From Candidatus Multivoradales bacterium (GTDB lineage Bacteria; Acidobacteriota; Thermoanaerobaculia; Multivoradales; JAHEKO01), in the NCBI GenBank assembly GCA_965223155.1, contig CBDCVR010000015.1:288001-352000 (forward strand): 64,000 bases of DNA, in the 5' to 3' direction. The notes under the pieces are model-generated. The model worked only from the letters and a program-made list of their open reading frames with translations, was not told the DNA's origin and did not search any database. This document shows positions 52,794-62,388 of the stretch, piece by piece (the first letter of the stretch is position 1; the number at the start of each line of letters is the position of its first letter). The position numbers and the translations under genes are program-made.

Positions 52794-53892
52794 CGCTCCC
52801 CGGAGCGTTTTCATCGTCCGGCCGGCTTTGAGCCAGGGCGGAGCGGATCGCGTAACCCTGACTCTCCTCGAACGGCTCGACCGTTCCCGCTTTCGTCCCG
52901 TCTTGGTCCTTCTTCGCCGAGATGGCGAGCTTCTCGACCTCGTTCCAGACGACGTCCCTATCCTTCGATTGCACACCTCGAGTCTAGGAACCGCTTGGCT
53001 CCCGCTGGCCCGGCTGCTGCGCGCTGAACGCCCGGAGATCATGCTGTCAACCTCAGGCGGGGCGAACGTCGCCGCCGCCCTGGCCCATCGGGCAACGCGG
53101 TCGGCCTCCCGGCTGGTCTTGTCCGAGCGCAACGTACTCTTCCGCCCACCCATGGACCTGAGACGCCGGCTCCTACTCCTGGCAAAGCGCCGGCTCTACG
53201 GGCGGGCGGATGCCGTGATCGCGGTTTCGAACCAAGTTCGGCAGGACCTTCTCGAACACCTCGATCTGGACGGTTCGAAGCTCCACGTCGTAGACAACCC
53301 CGTTGTGGATGATGCCTTTGCCGGGCGCGCCGCACAGCCCTGCGGGCATACCTGGTTTGACGAGGAAACGCCGGTCGTTCTCGCCGCCGGCCGCCTGGTT
53401 CCGGTCAAGGGCTTCGACACCCTGCTCCACGCTTTCGCCGCCGTCGCCAAGCGGCACCCAGCCCGGTTGATCCTCCTGGGCGAGGGTCCCGAGCGGGACC
53501 GTCTCGAAGCCCTCGCCGAGACGTTGGGCCTGGCCGACTCGGTTTCGATGCCGGGCTTTGCCGCCAACCCTCTGGCCTTCATGTCCCGCTGTGAGGTCTT
53601 CGTGCTAAGTTCCCGCGCGGAAGGCCTGCCGGGCGTCCTGATTCAGGCCATGGCCTGCGGCGCGGCCTCGGTTTCGACCGATTGCAAGGCGGGACCGTCC
53701 GAGATTCTCCGCCACGAAGAAACCGGTCTCCTTGTCCCCGTGGACGACTCCCACGCCCTGGCCGAAGCGATCTTGCGCTACCTGAAGGATTCCGACTACC
53801 GGCAGGCGACCGGCAAACGCGCTCGGGAATCCGTCGAGAGGTTTCATGTCGATCGGACCGTTCCTCGCTACGAGGAGATCCTCCTGGGATGA
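52780..53892 (+). CDS. Glycosyltransferase family 4 (WabH/PglH-like)
   Basis: GGADRV, GRLVPVKGF, SSRAEGLPGVLIQAMACG. Confidence 0.9.
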   Translation: MASSDAPRSVFIVRPALSQGGADRVTLTLLERLDRSRFRPVLVLLRRDGELLDLVPDDVPILRLHTSSLGTAWLPLARLLRAERPEIMLSTSGGANVAAALAHRATRSASRLVLSERNVLFRPPMDLRRRLLLLAKRRLYGRADAVIAVSNQVRQDLLEHLDLDGSKLHVVDNPVVDDAFAGRAAQPCGHTWFDEETPVVLAAGRLVPVKGFDTLLHAFAAVAKRHPARLILLGEGPERDRLEALAETLGLADSVSMPGFAANPLAFMSRCEVFVLSSRAEGLPGVLIQAMACGAASVSTDCKAGPSEILRHEETGLLVPVDDSHALAEAILRYLKDSDYRQATGKRARESVERFHVDRTVPRYEEILLG

Positions 53893-54950
53893 CCGAGCTG
53901 GCAGTCGGCCTCGCGGGTTGCGGCCATATTTCCGGAAAGCACGTCGAGGGTTGGCGACGAGCCAAAGGCTCCAAGCTGGTCGGCCTCTTCGACGTCCGCC
54001 GGCCGAGCGCCGAAACGCTGCGCGCTCGCTTCCCCGGGCTCGAGCTCACCGTCTTCGATTCCGTCGGCGAGCTGGCCGGCGAATGCGACATCCTCGACAT
54101 CTGCACCCCGCCCCAGACGCATCGCGATTTGCTCGAGCTCGCCATCAAGAACGACTGTCACATCCTGGTCGAAAAACCCGTGGTGACCTCGGTCGCGGAC
54201 TGGGATCGTCTGCTGCCGGCTCTCGAAGCCTCCGGACGCTCGCTCACCGTCGTTCATAACCTCAAGTTCTCGCGGAGCGCCGCGCGCGCCAAGCAATGGA
54301 TCGACGAGGGCCGGATCGGAGATCTGCTCAGGTTGGAATGGAGCTTCATGACCAGCCCCGCCAGCGACCGGATGCTGACCGATCCCGACCACTGGTCCCG
54401 GAGCCTTCCCGGAGGCCGTTGGTTCGAAACCCTGCCTCACAATCTCTACCTGACCCACTTCTTCGCCGGTCCCATGCGGCCGCGGTCGGCGGTGGTGCGC
54501 TCGGGCCGGCCTGAACACGCCGACGAAGCCTTGATCGTCTTGAAGAGCACGTCGTGCCTCGCTACCGTCCACTTCTCCTCAAACTGCGAGATCAACCATC
54601 GCTGGGGGACGCTCATCGGCAGCAAGGGCATCATCGACTTGGATCTTCTGGCCGACGCCGCGACTCTGCACACGGGAGCGGACTCGAAGGCGGGCCGGGC
54701 GGTGAGCCGGACTCTGACCGGCGCCCTCGGCACGCTAAGCCAGATCCTCCCCGACCGGGCCGCCTATCTGGCCGGAAAGACGACGGGCAGCTCGCCCCAC
54801 GCACGACTCATCGGCCTCCTGGACGAACATCTTGGCTCGGACGGACCGGCGCCGACACCCATCGACGAGGTCGACTACGTCATTCGCACCTGTCCCGAGA
54901 TCGGCGACCTCATCGACGGCGCGCTCGCGGCGGACCATGGCTCGCGTTGA
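53889..54950 (+). CDS. Gfo/Idh/MocA family oxidoreductase
   Basis: GCGHIS, ICTPPQTH, LVEKP. Confidence 0.88.
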   Translation: MTELAVGLAGCGHISGKHVEGWRRAKGSKLVGLFDVRRPSAETLRARFPGLELTVFDSVGELAGECDILDICTPPQTHRDLLELAIKNDCHILVEKPVVTSVADWDRLLPALEASGRSLTVVHNLKFSRSAARAKQWIDEGRIGDLLRLEWSFMTSPASDRMLTDPDHWSRSLPGGRWFETLPHNLYLTHFFAGPMRPRSAVVRSGRPEHADEALIVLKSTSCLATVHFSSNCEINHRWGTLIGSKGIIDLDLLADAATLHTGADSKAGRAVSRTLTGALGTLSQILPDRAAYLAGKTTGSSPHARLIGLLDEHLGSDGPAPTPIDEVDYVIRTCPEIGDLIDGALAADHGSR

Positions 54951-56130
54951 CTTTCTGATCGCCAACGGCGGACACCATACCGCCGCCGCGCTGCCGGTGA
55001 TCCGCGAGCTCCGGAAACGGGGCGACTGCATCTGCCGAGCGGCCTCCATCGCCGAGCTACGCGGCCTGGAGTCCCCCATCGGGCGGTTCGCCGAAGAGGG
55101 TGTGCCTCTGGTGCCGATCCTGCCGCTCAAGCTCAGGCCGTCGCCCGCCGCTGGCCGGTCGCTAGCGCTCGACGGTGCGGTGCCAGTGCGTAAGACCTTG
55201 CATCGAGCCGTTTGGCGGCTGCTCTTGCGCCCCGGTCTCGAGGACTTCTTCGATGCTGGCACCGACCTGGCCGTCTTGCCCAACGACGGCAACTTCCCCT
55301 ACGACCGGATCGCCGAGCTTCTCCATCGGCGTTCGATCCCGTTTCTGATTCTGCAAGAAGGCATTCGCTTCGACGTGCCGTACTGGACGCCCCGCGGGGG
55401 GAGCGGAGCCGCCGCATTCGCCCTGTGGGGCGAGACCAGCCGGGAATACTTTGCCGGCCGCGGCGTGCCGCCCGAGCGGCTGCACGTGACCGGGGCGCCG
55501 CGATTGGATCCGATCGTCAACCGCGACTGGACCGAAGAAGCCGCCGCGGTTCGGCACCGCCTGGGCGGCGAGATCGAGATCCTGCTCTTTCTGTCCAATC
55601 CGATCGACGACCTCGGCTACACGACCGCGACCGGCAAGGACGACTTGATCGTCGAGTTCGCGCGGGCCACTGCGCCGCGGGCCGAGGCGAATCCCCGGTT
55701 CCGCCTGGTCATCAAGCTCCACCCGAGAGAGTCCGAGGAAGCCCTCGCTCGAAGGCTCGAGCGCCTCGCTCACTACGACTCGATTGTCCTCACCACTCAC
55801 GAACCCCTTTACCCGCTCCTTGCCGCCAGCCGGGCAGCGGTAACGTTCGCCTCCACGGTCGGTCTCGAGGCCATGCTCCTGGACGTGCCGCTTGGGATCC
55901 TCGAGATTCCCGGCCATGGCTTCGTGCACGACTACGTGGCCAGCGGCGCCGCGGCCGGGATCGAGTGGGGACAAGCGCCTTCCACATCCCTGGCGGCCCT
56001 GCTGGACACGGTGGCCGGCGGTTCCTCGGCCGCTCGCGCCACCTACCTCGAGCGCAACACGGCTCATGCCGGAGGCGCGGCGGCCCGGGTGGCCGACCTG
56101 GTTCGAGATATGCTCGGCACGAAGCCGTGA
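54937..56130 (+). CDS. GT-B transferase of the Capsule_synth/TagF-like group (candidate CMP/CDP-donor transferase)
   Basis: LQEG, VTGAPRLD, IKLHPRE, ASTVGLEAMLLDVP. Confidence 0.7.
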   Translation: MARVDFLIANGGHHTAAALPVIRELRKRGDCICRAASIAELRGLESPIGRFAEEGVPLVPILPLKLRPSPAAGRSLALDGAVPVRKTLHRAVWRLLLRPGLEDFFDAGTDLAVLPNDGNFPYDRIAELLHRRSIPFLILQEGIRFDVPYWTPRGGSGAAAFALWGETSREYFAGRGVPPERLHVTGAPRLDPIVNRDWTEEAAAVRHRLGGEIEILLFLSNPIDDLGYTTATGKDDLIVEFARATAPRAEANPRFRLVIKLHPRESEEALARRLERLAHYDSIVLTTHEPLYPLLAASRAAVTFASTVGLEAMLLDVPLGILEIPGHGFVHDYVASGAAAGIEWGQAPSTSLAALLDTVAGGSSAARATYLERNTAHAGGAAARVADLVRDMLGTKP

Positions 56131-57518
56131 GTTCCATCCCGCGACCTGAGACTCTCCAAGTTCCCGGGCTGTCCCCCACACTCGCACCGCGGCCACTTCC
56201 CCGCATCTTCGCGATCGCAATCGGCCTCTGGTTCCTCTTTGCCTTCGTCACCAAGGTCAACCTGATCCCCGGGATGGTGCAGAACATCGGTCCGTTCGAA
56301 TTCCTCGGAGCGGTCATGTTCGGCGTCTTTCTCGCCTCTCCGGCGCGTAGAAGAGTCAATCCCAGACATCCCTTGATCGCAACCATGGCGATCCTTCTCG
56401 TCATGGCGGCCGCCTCCCAGGTCGTGCTGCCGCCCAACAGGGCCAAGTACGGAATGGTGCAAGTAGCCGTCTTGGCCTTCCTGCTTGCCTACTTGACGAT
56501 TTTCTCGGGCCTGACGCGGCGTCATCGTCTGCTCATGAACGCCCTGGTACCGGTCATCGTCCTCGCGGCCCTGGCCGCCGGCGCAGTGATCGTAAGCCAG
56601 GGGGTCGATGCCGGCATCGAGGAAGCCGGTATCTTCCGCGGCCGGGCCCACATGGCGACCTACATGCTGACCTCGTTCTGGCTGTGCCTGATCGGCTTTT
56701 TCTGGCCGCTCAGCCCGAGATGGGTGCGGCTGGCAGCGATTCCCGGTCTCGCCTTCGCCCTCTACTGCGTGGCCATCTCGGGCCGGCGCTCGGCCTATCT
56801 GGCTCTCTTCGCGGGTCTCGCGGCCCTGGGGGCGTCGGTGCTGGTGGCCCAGAAAGGCAAGCGCTTGCGCTGGCTGGTGGCAGCGACCGTCTCGTTCGGC
56901 GTCCTGATCGGCATGTACTCGGTGGGTTCGAATTTCTCGCGGCGAACAGCCTTTTTTCAGGCCCGCGTTCACCTGGTGGACGACCGGCTCCGATCCTTCC
57001 TGGGCACCGACGACGGTCCCGAGGTCGAAAACAGCTTTTACGCCCTGCAGCGCCAGGGTGTCCGAGCTGCTCTTCTCACCTCACCACTCATTGGCATCGG
57101 CTGGGGCGGGTTCGCAGGCTCCGAGTATTCCCCAACCGGGCACGAGATCCACAGCACGCCGCTGCGCTTCTTGGCCGAGCTCGGTGTGGTCGGTTTCGCC
57201 CTCTATCTAGCCTTCATGGGTTTCCTTCTAGCGGGCTCGGCCCGCTTGTTCTTGACCATGCGCGCTTCGCCCTATGGCAACGCCTACCTGGCGCTGGCGA
57301 TCGCCATCTGGAGCATGTCGATCAGTTACGTCTACAACCGCCACATCACGGAACGCACTTTCTGGATTTTCCTGGCGGTCTACCTGGCGATGGAAGCCTT
57401 CGCCGAGTACTGGCAGACCCTCAACCGGGCATCGCGCAACCGCGCTGGCGAAGCGCCGCGCCTGCGCTCGGTGCCGCCCACGCCGCTTGCGGACCCTGCC
57501 TTCGGCAATGCCCCTTGA
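56127..57518 (+). CDS. Wzy polymerase / O-antigen ligase family membrane protein
   Basis: About 11 TM; ISGRRSA, PLIGIGWGGF, HSTPLRFLAELG. Confidence 0.8.
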   Translation: MSSIPRPETLQVPGLSPTLAPRPLPRIFAIAIGLWFLFAFVTKVNLIPGMVQNIGPFEFLGAVMFGVFLASPARRRVNPRHPLIATMAILLVMAAASQVVLPPNRAKYGMVQVAVLAFLLAYLTIFSGLTRRHRLLMNALVPVIVLAALAAGAVIVSQGVDAGIEEAGIFRGRAHMATYMLTSFWLCLIGFFWPLSPRWVRLAAIPGLAFALYCVAISGRRSAYLALFAGLAALGASVLVAQKGKRLRWLVAATVSFGVLIGMYSVGSNFSRRTAFFQARVHLVDDRLRSFLGTDDGPEVENSFYALQRQGVRAALLTSPLIGIGWGGFAGSEYSPTGHEIHSTPLRFLAELGVVGFALYLAFMGFLLAGSARLFLTMRASPYGNAYLALAIAIWSMSISYVYNRHITERTFWIFLAVYLAMEAFAEYWQTLNRASRNRAGEAPRLRSVPPTPLADPAFGNAP

Positions 57519-58727
57519 CCCGCGGCCCGAGGATCGGGCTGCCGGTGCGAACCGGCCGCTTCTCGCCATCGCCGTGACGCATCCGATGACCGCCGACCTC
57601 CTCTTACGCGGCCAGCTCGGGTACCTTCGTCGTCAGGGATTCGCGCTCCACCTCATCTCTTCGCCGGGGGCCCAGTTGGACCGGGTCGCCGCCCGCGAGG
57701 GCGTTGAGCACACGGTCCTGCCCATGCGGCGGGACATGAGCCCGTTGGCCGATCTCATCGCCCTCGTCCGGTACCTGCGCCTCTTTCGCAAGCTTCGTCC
57801 CGACATCCTCTCCGCCGGCACCCCGAAGGCCGGCTTGCTGGCGACGCTCGGCGCGCGGCTGGCCGGCGTCGCCACCCGCATCTACACCGTCCGTGGGCTT
57901 CGTTCCGAGACCGCGCGCGGATGGCGCGCGGCGCTGCTCCGATTCGCCGAGCGGACCGCCGCGGCCTCGGCCACCCATGTCGTCTGTGTCAGCCCGAGCC
58001 TGGCTGCCGAGTACGCGAGCCGCGGCTTCGCCCCTCGAAACCGCATCCGAGTCCTGGGCTCCGGTTCCTCCAACGGAGTCGACACGGAACGTTTCTCACC
58101 ACCTGGAGCCGAGGATCGCGCGCGTGCCCGGGATCGCCTCCGGATTCCCGCCGACGCCTTGGTCGTCGGCTTCGTCGGGCGGCTGGTCCGGGACAAGGGC
58201 GTCGAGGACTTAGCCGCCGCCTTCCAGGCACTCTTCCGCGAGTACCCGGATGTCTACCTCCTCCTGGCCGGCGAGTTCGAGGACGGGGACGCCGTCTCCC
58301 GGAGGGTACGGACCGAGCTTGAAGAGCATCCGCGGGTCGCCGTCCTAGGCTTCGTCGAGGACCCCGTAGCCGCGTACCACGCGATGGATGTGCTGGTCCT
58401 GCCCTCCTCTCGCGAGGGATTCCCCAACGCCGTTCTCGAAGGCTCGGCCTGCGCTTTGCCGGTGGTCGCGTACGATGCCACCGGTAGCCGGGACGCGGTC
58501 GCTCCCGGCACCACCGGACAACTGGCGGAACTCGGGAACCCCGACGCCCTGGCCCGAGCGCTCGGCACCTACCTCGACGACCCCGCGCTCCGCGCCGCTC
58601 ACGGCCGGGCCGGCCGCAAACGGGTCCTCGATCACTTTCGAAACGAGACGGTCTGGGCCACCTGGGCCGATCTCTATCGAGAGCTCCTGGACACCTCGGA
58701 CCTCGCGACGGACCAGGTACGGACGTC

Positions 58728-58731
<4 letters not shown>
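57508..58731 (+). CDS. Glycosyltransferase family 4 (PglA/CapM-like)
   Basis: TPKAGLL, GSSNGVD, GRLVRDKG, REGFPNAVLE. Confidence 0.9.
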
Positions 58732-59419
<688 letters not shown>

Positions 59420-59423
<4 letters not shown>

Positions 59424-60037
59424 AGTCCCTCGTGTTGGGCGGAGGAGGCCACGCCAAGGTCGTGGTCAGCACGCTCCAGGCCGCCGGTACGGAGCCGGCC
59501 GCGGTCTACGACGACGACTCGACGAAGTGGGGCACGGAGCTCCTGGGCGTCCCGATCGCGGGCGCACTCGACGACGCCGCGGGCGCCGCCGGGGCAGCGA
59601 TTCTGGCTTTCGGCAACAACCGGCTGCGCCGCCGTTTCGCCGCGCGCTTCGAGCTCGACTGGACCTCGGTGATCCACCCCACGGCCTGGGTCCATTCTTC
59701 GGTGACTCTCGGGCAAGGCTCGATCGTTTGCGCCGGCGCCGTGATCCAGCCCGGCGCCCGCATCGGCGACCACGTAATCGTCAACACAGCGGCCTCGATC
59801 GACCATGATTGCCAGGTCCCGAGCTTCTGCCACGTGGCTCCGGGAGCGCGGCTGGCGGGAGGCGTCCGCCTGGGAGAAGGCTGTCTGGTCGGCATCGGAG
59901 CCGCCGTCCTGCCGGGTGTCATCGCCGGGCCATGGGCTCGGATCGGCGCCGGGGCGGCGGTCCTCGGCGACGTGCCGGCCGAAGCCACCGCCGTCGGTGT
60001 TCCGGCCCAGATCCTGGAAGCGAGTTCCGGTGGCTGA
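59420..60037 (+). CDS. Sugar N-acetyltransferase (PglD/NeuD/EpsM family)
   Basis: GGGGHAKVV, IHPTA, NTAASIDHDC, hexapeptide repeats, GVPA. Confidence 0.92.
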
Positions 60038-61178
60038 GTCCCCTATCTACCTTTCCCCGCCCCTGCTTGCGGGCTCGGAGCTGGACCGGATCCGGGAGGC
60101 GCTCGATTCGAACTGGATTGCTCCCCTGGGACCCCAGGTCGACGCCTTCGAACGCGAATTCGCCGCGGCCGTGGCCGTTCCCCATGCCGCGGCCCTGTCC
60201 TCCGGGACCGCCGCCCTCCACCTCGCCCTCCGGCTCGTCGGCGTTCAGCCGGGAGACGAGGTCCTGTGCTCGACGTTGACCTTCGTCGCCAGCACTAACG
60301 CGATTCGCTACCTGGGAGCGGAGCCGGTCCTGATCGACGCGTCTCGAGGCACCTGGAATCTGGATCCCGACCTGCTCGAGGCGGAGCTCGAGAGCTCGGC
60401 CCGGTCCGGGAAGCTGCCGAAGGCCGTGGTCGTTGTCGACCTCTACGGTCAGAGCGCCGACTACGACCGCATCGTGCCGATCTGCAAGCGCTTCGACGTC
60501 CCGGTGGTCGAAGACGCGGCCGAGGCCCTGGGCGCCACCTACCGCGGCCGGCCGGTGGGAAGCTTCGGACACGTCGGAACGTTCTCCTTCAACGGCAACA
60601 AGATCATCACCACGTCGGGTGGCGGCATGCTCGTTGCCTCCGACCCGGAGCTCGTCGCCAGGGCCCGCTTTCTGGCGGCACAGGCTCGCGAGCAGACCCA
60701 TCACTATGAGCACAAGGAGCTCGGCTACAACTACCGCATGTCCAATCTCCTGGCCGCGGTCGGGCGCGCTCAGCTCGCCGATCTCGAACGCCGGGTGAAG
60801 AAGCGCCGCAAGAACTTCGAGCTCTATCGCGAGGCCTTCGCCGGTTGCGAGGGGCTCGACTTCATGCCCGAAGCCGACTACGGCCGCTCGAACCGCTGGC
60901 TGACGTGCCTGCTGGTCGATCGCGAGCGCTTCGGCGCCTCGCCCGAGGCCATCCGCCTGGCCCTCGAAGCCGAGGCCATCGAAGCGCGTCCGGTCTGGAA
61001 ACCGATGCACCGGCAGCCTCTCTACGCGGGCTGCAGAGCAGTACTCAACGGCGTCGCCGACGAGCTTTTCGCCAACGGCCTGTGCCTGCCGAGCGGCACC
61101 GAGCTTCGCCCCGAACAGATCGAGCGGATCGCCGGCATTGTCCGTCACGCCCCCCAGCGGTCCACCGCGGCTCGATGA
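60030..61178 (+). CDS. DegT/DnrJ/EryC1/StrS aminotransferase (PglE/EpsN-like)
   Basis: SNWIAPLGP, SSGTAALHLAL, EDAAEALG, SFNGNKIITTSGGG, LCLPSG. Confidence 0.93.
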   Translation: MAESPIYLSPPLLAGSELDRIREALDSNWIAPLGPQVDAFEREFAAAVAVPHAAALSSGTAALHLALRLVGVQPGDEVLCSTLTFVASTNAIRYLGAEPVLIDASRGTWNLDPDLLEAELESSARSGKLPKAVVVVDLYGQSADYDRIVPICKRFDVPVVEDAAEALGATYRGRPVGSFGHVGTFSFNGNKIITTSGGGMLVASDPELVARARFLAAQAREQTHHYEHKELGYNYRMSNLLAAVGRAQLADLERRVKKRRKNFELYREAFAGCEGLDFMPEADYGRSNRWLTCLLVDRERFGASPEAIRLALEAEAIEARPVWKPMHRQPLYAGCRAVLNGVADELFANGLCLPSGTELRPEQIERIAGIVRHAPQRSTAAR

Positions 61179-62239
61179 GCCCGGCGCTTCCCGCCCGGAT
61201 CCCGGACCTCGAAGCCACACCTGATCTCGACTGGGTCCTGCGCGCGGCCTTCCTGAAAGCCACGGTACCGTTCCCGATCCCGACCGGCGCGGTCGCCATG
61301 GCACTTAGCCTGGGCCTGGGCGAGCGCATCTGGGCTCGCCACGGCCCCGATTTGCCGGACCAGGCGGACCAGGACGCCGGCCAGCCGCTCCGGCTCGCGC
61401 ATCACCGGGCGGCCGCTCTCGGGATGCTCCACTTGGAGCTCGCCGAACGGCTTGGCGAAGTTGGCGAGAGAGAGTCCATTCCCCTTGTCCTCTTGAAGGG
61501 AACCGCGCTTCTAGCGGCCGGCGATCTCGAGCCCGGAGCCAGAATCGTGACCGACTTGGACGTACTCGTGCCCGAGCCCCAGGCAGCGGCTTTCCAGCGG
61601 CTCCTGATCGAGACCGGCGCCCGCGAGGAAGACGAGCCCGGCACCGAGCATCATCTCCCCCGGCTCGCCTTCCCGACTGGAGCGGCCCTCGACATCCATG
61701 TCCGCCTGCCCGGTTTGAAGCTGGGGACTCCCCGGCGAGACGCCACCTACGATCTCTTGGAGGAAGCCGGAGGGATGGTGCCTCTTGAGAGCTTCGGCGC
61801 CGGAGTCTCGAGACCCAGCCGCCGCTCTCTGGCCGCCCACCTCCTGGTCCACGGCTTCGAGCAGCACCTGCTGCGTTCGGGCTACCCACTGATGCGAGCC
61901 GTCGGCGACCTCGCCGATCTCCTGGCCGACGACGACGATTGGAGCGCCTTCGAGCGACAATTCGGAGACGCCACCGAGCTGGCCGTGCCCCTGGGGCTTC
62001 GTCGCTCGGTGCGAAGTCTGGTTCGGGCACTGAAGGCCGGTGGGCTGGTCGATGAGCTCGCCAGCTCCCCGGACGAACCCGCGTCGCGCCTTCTCCGGCA
62101 CATTGTCGCCACCGCCACCAGGCCCGACTACACCGAATCGCTCCGCTGGCTCCATCGCTGGCGCAAGCTCTCGGCCTCCGCCCGCCAGGGCGAAGCGGCA
62201 AGCCACGTCCGCCGTAAGCTCCAGGACTGGCTGCGCTAG
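61175..62239 (+). CDS. Uncharacterised nucleotidyltransferase (NTP_transf_5 family)
   Basis: LLKGTAL...R...DLDVLV, LDIH, HLLVH, DL. Confidence 0.8.
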   Translation: MSPALPARIPDLEATPDLDWVLRAAFLKATVPFPIPTGAVAMALSLGLGERIWARHGPDLPDQADQDAGQPLRLAHHRAAALGMLHLELAERLGEVGERESIPLVLLKGTALLAAGDLEPGARIVTDLDVLVPEPQAAAFQRLLIETGAREEDEPGTEHHLPRLAFPTGAALDIHVRLPGLKLGTPRRDATYDLLEEAGGMVPLESFGAGVSRPSRRSLAAHLLVHGFEQHLLRSGYPLMRAVGDLADLLADDDDWSAFERQFGDATELAVPLGLRRSVRSLVRALKAGGLVDELASSPDEPASRLLRHIVATATRPDYTESLRWLHRWRKLSASARQGEAASHVRRKLQDWLR

Positions 62240-62388
62240 CCAAGATCACCGCTCGGCAACCGGCAATACAGCCGCTGGCGGCCGCGCGCAGTCGAGGCAG
62301 CGTTCCCCGGCCAAACCCTCCAGTGCCCCAGATCACAGGCCCCCGGGCGCCGTTTCGTTAGAATTACAGCTTCGCACGAGTTCCCGGC

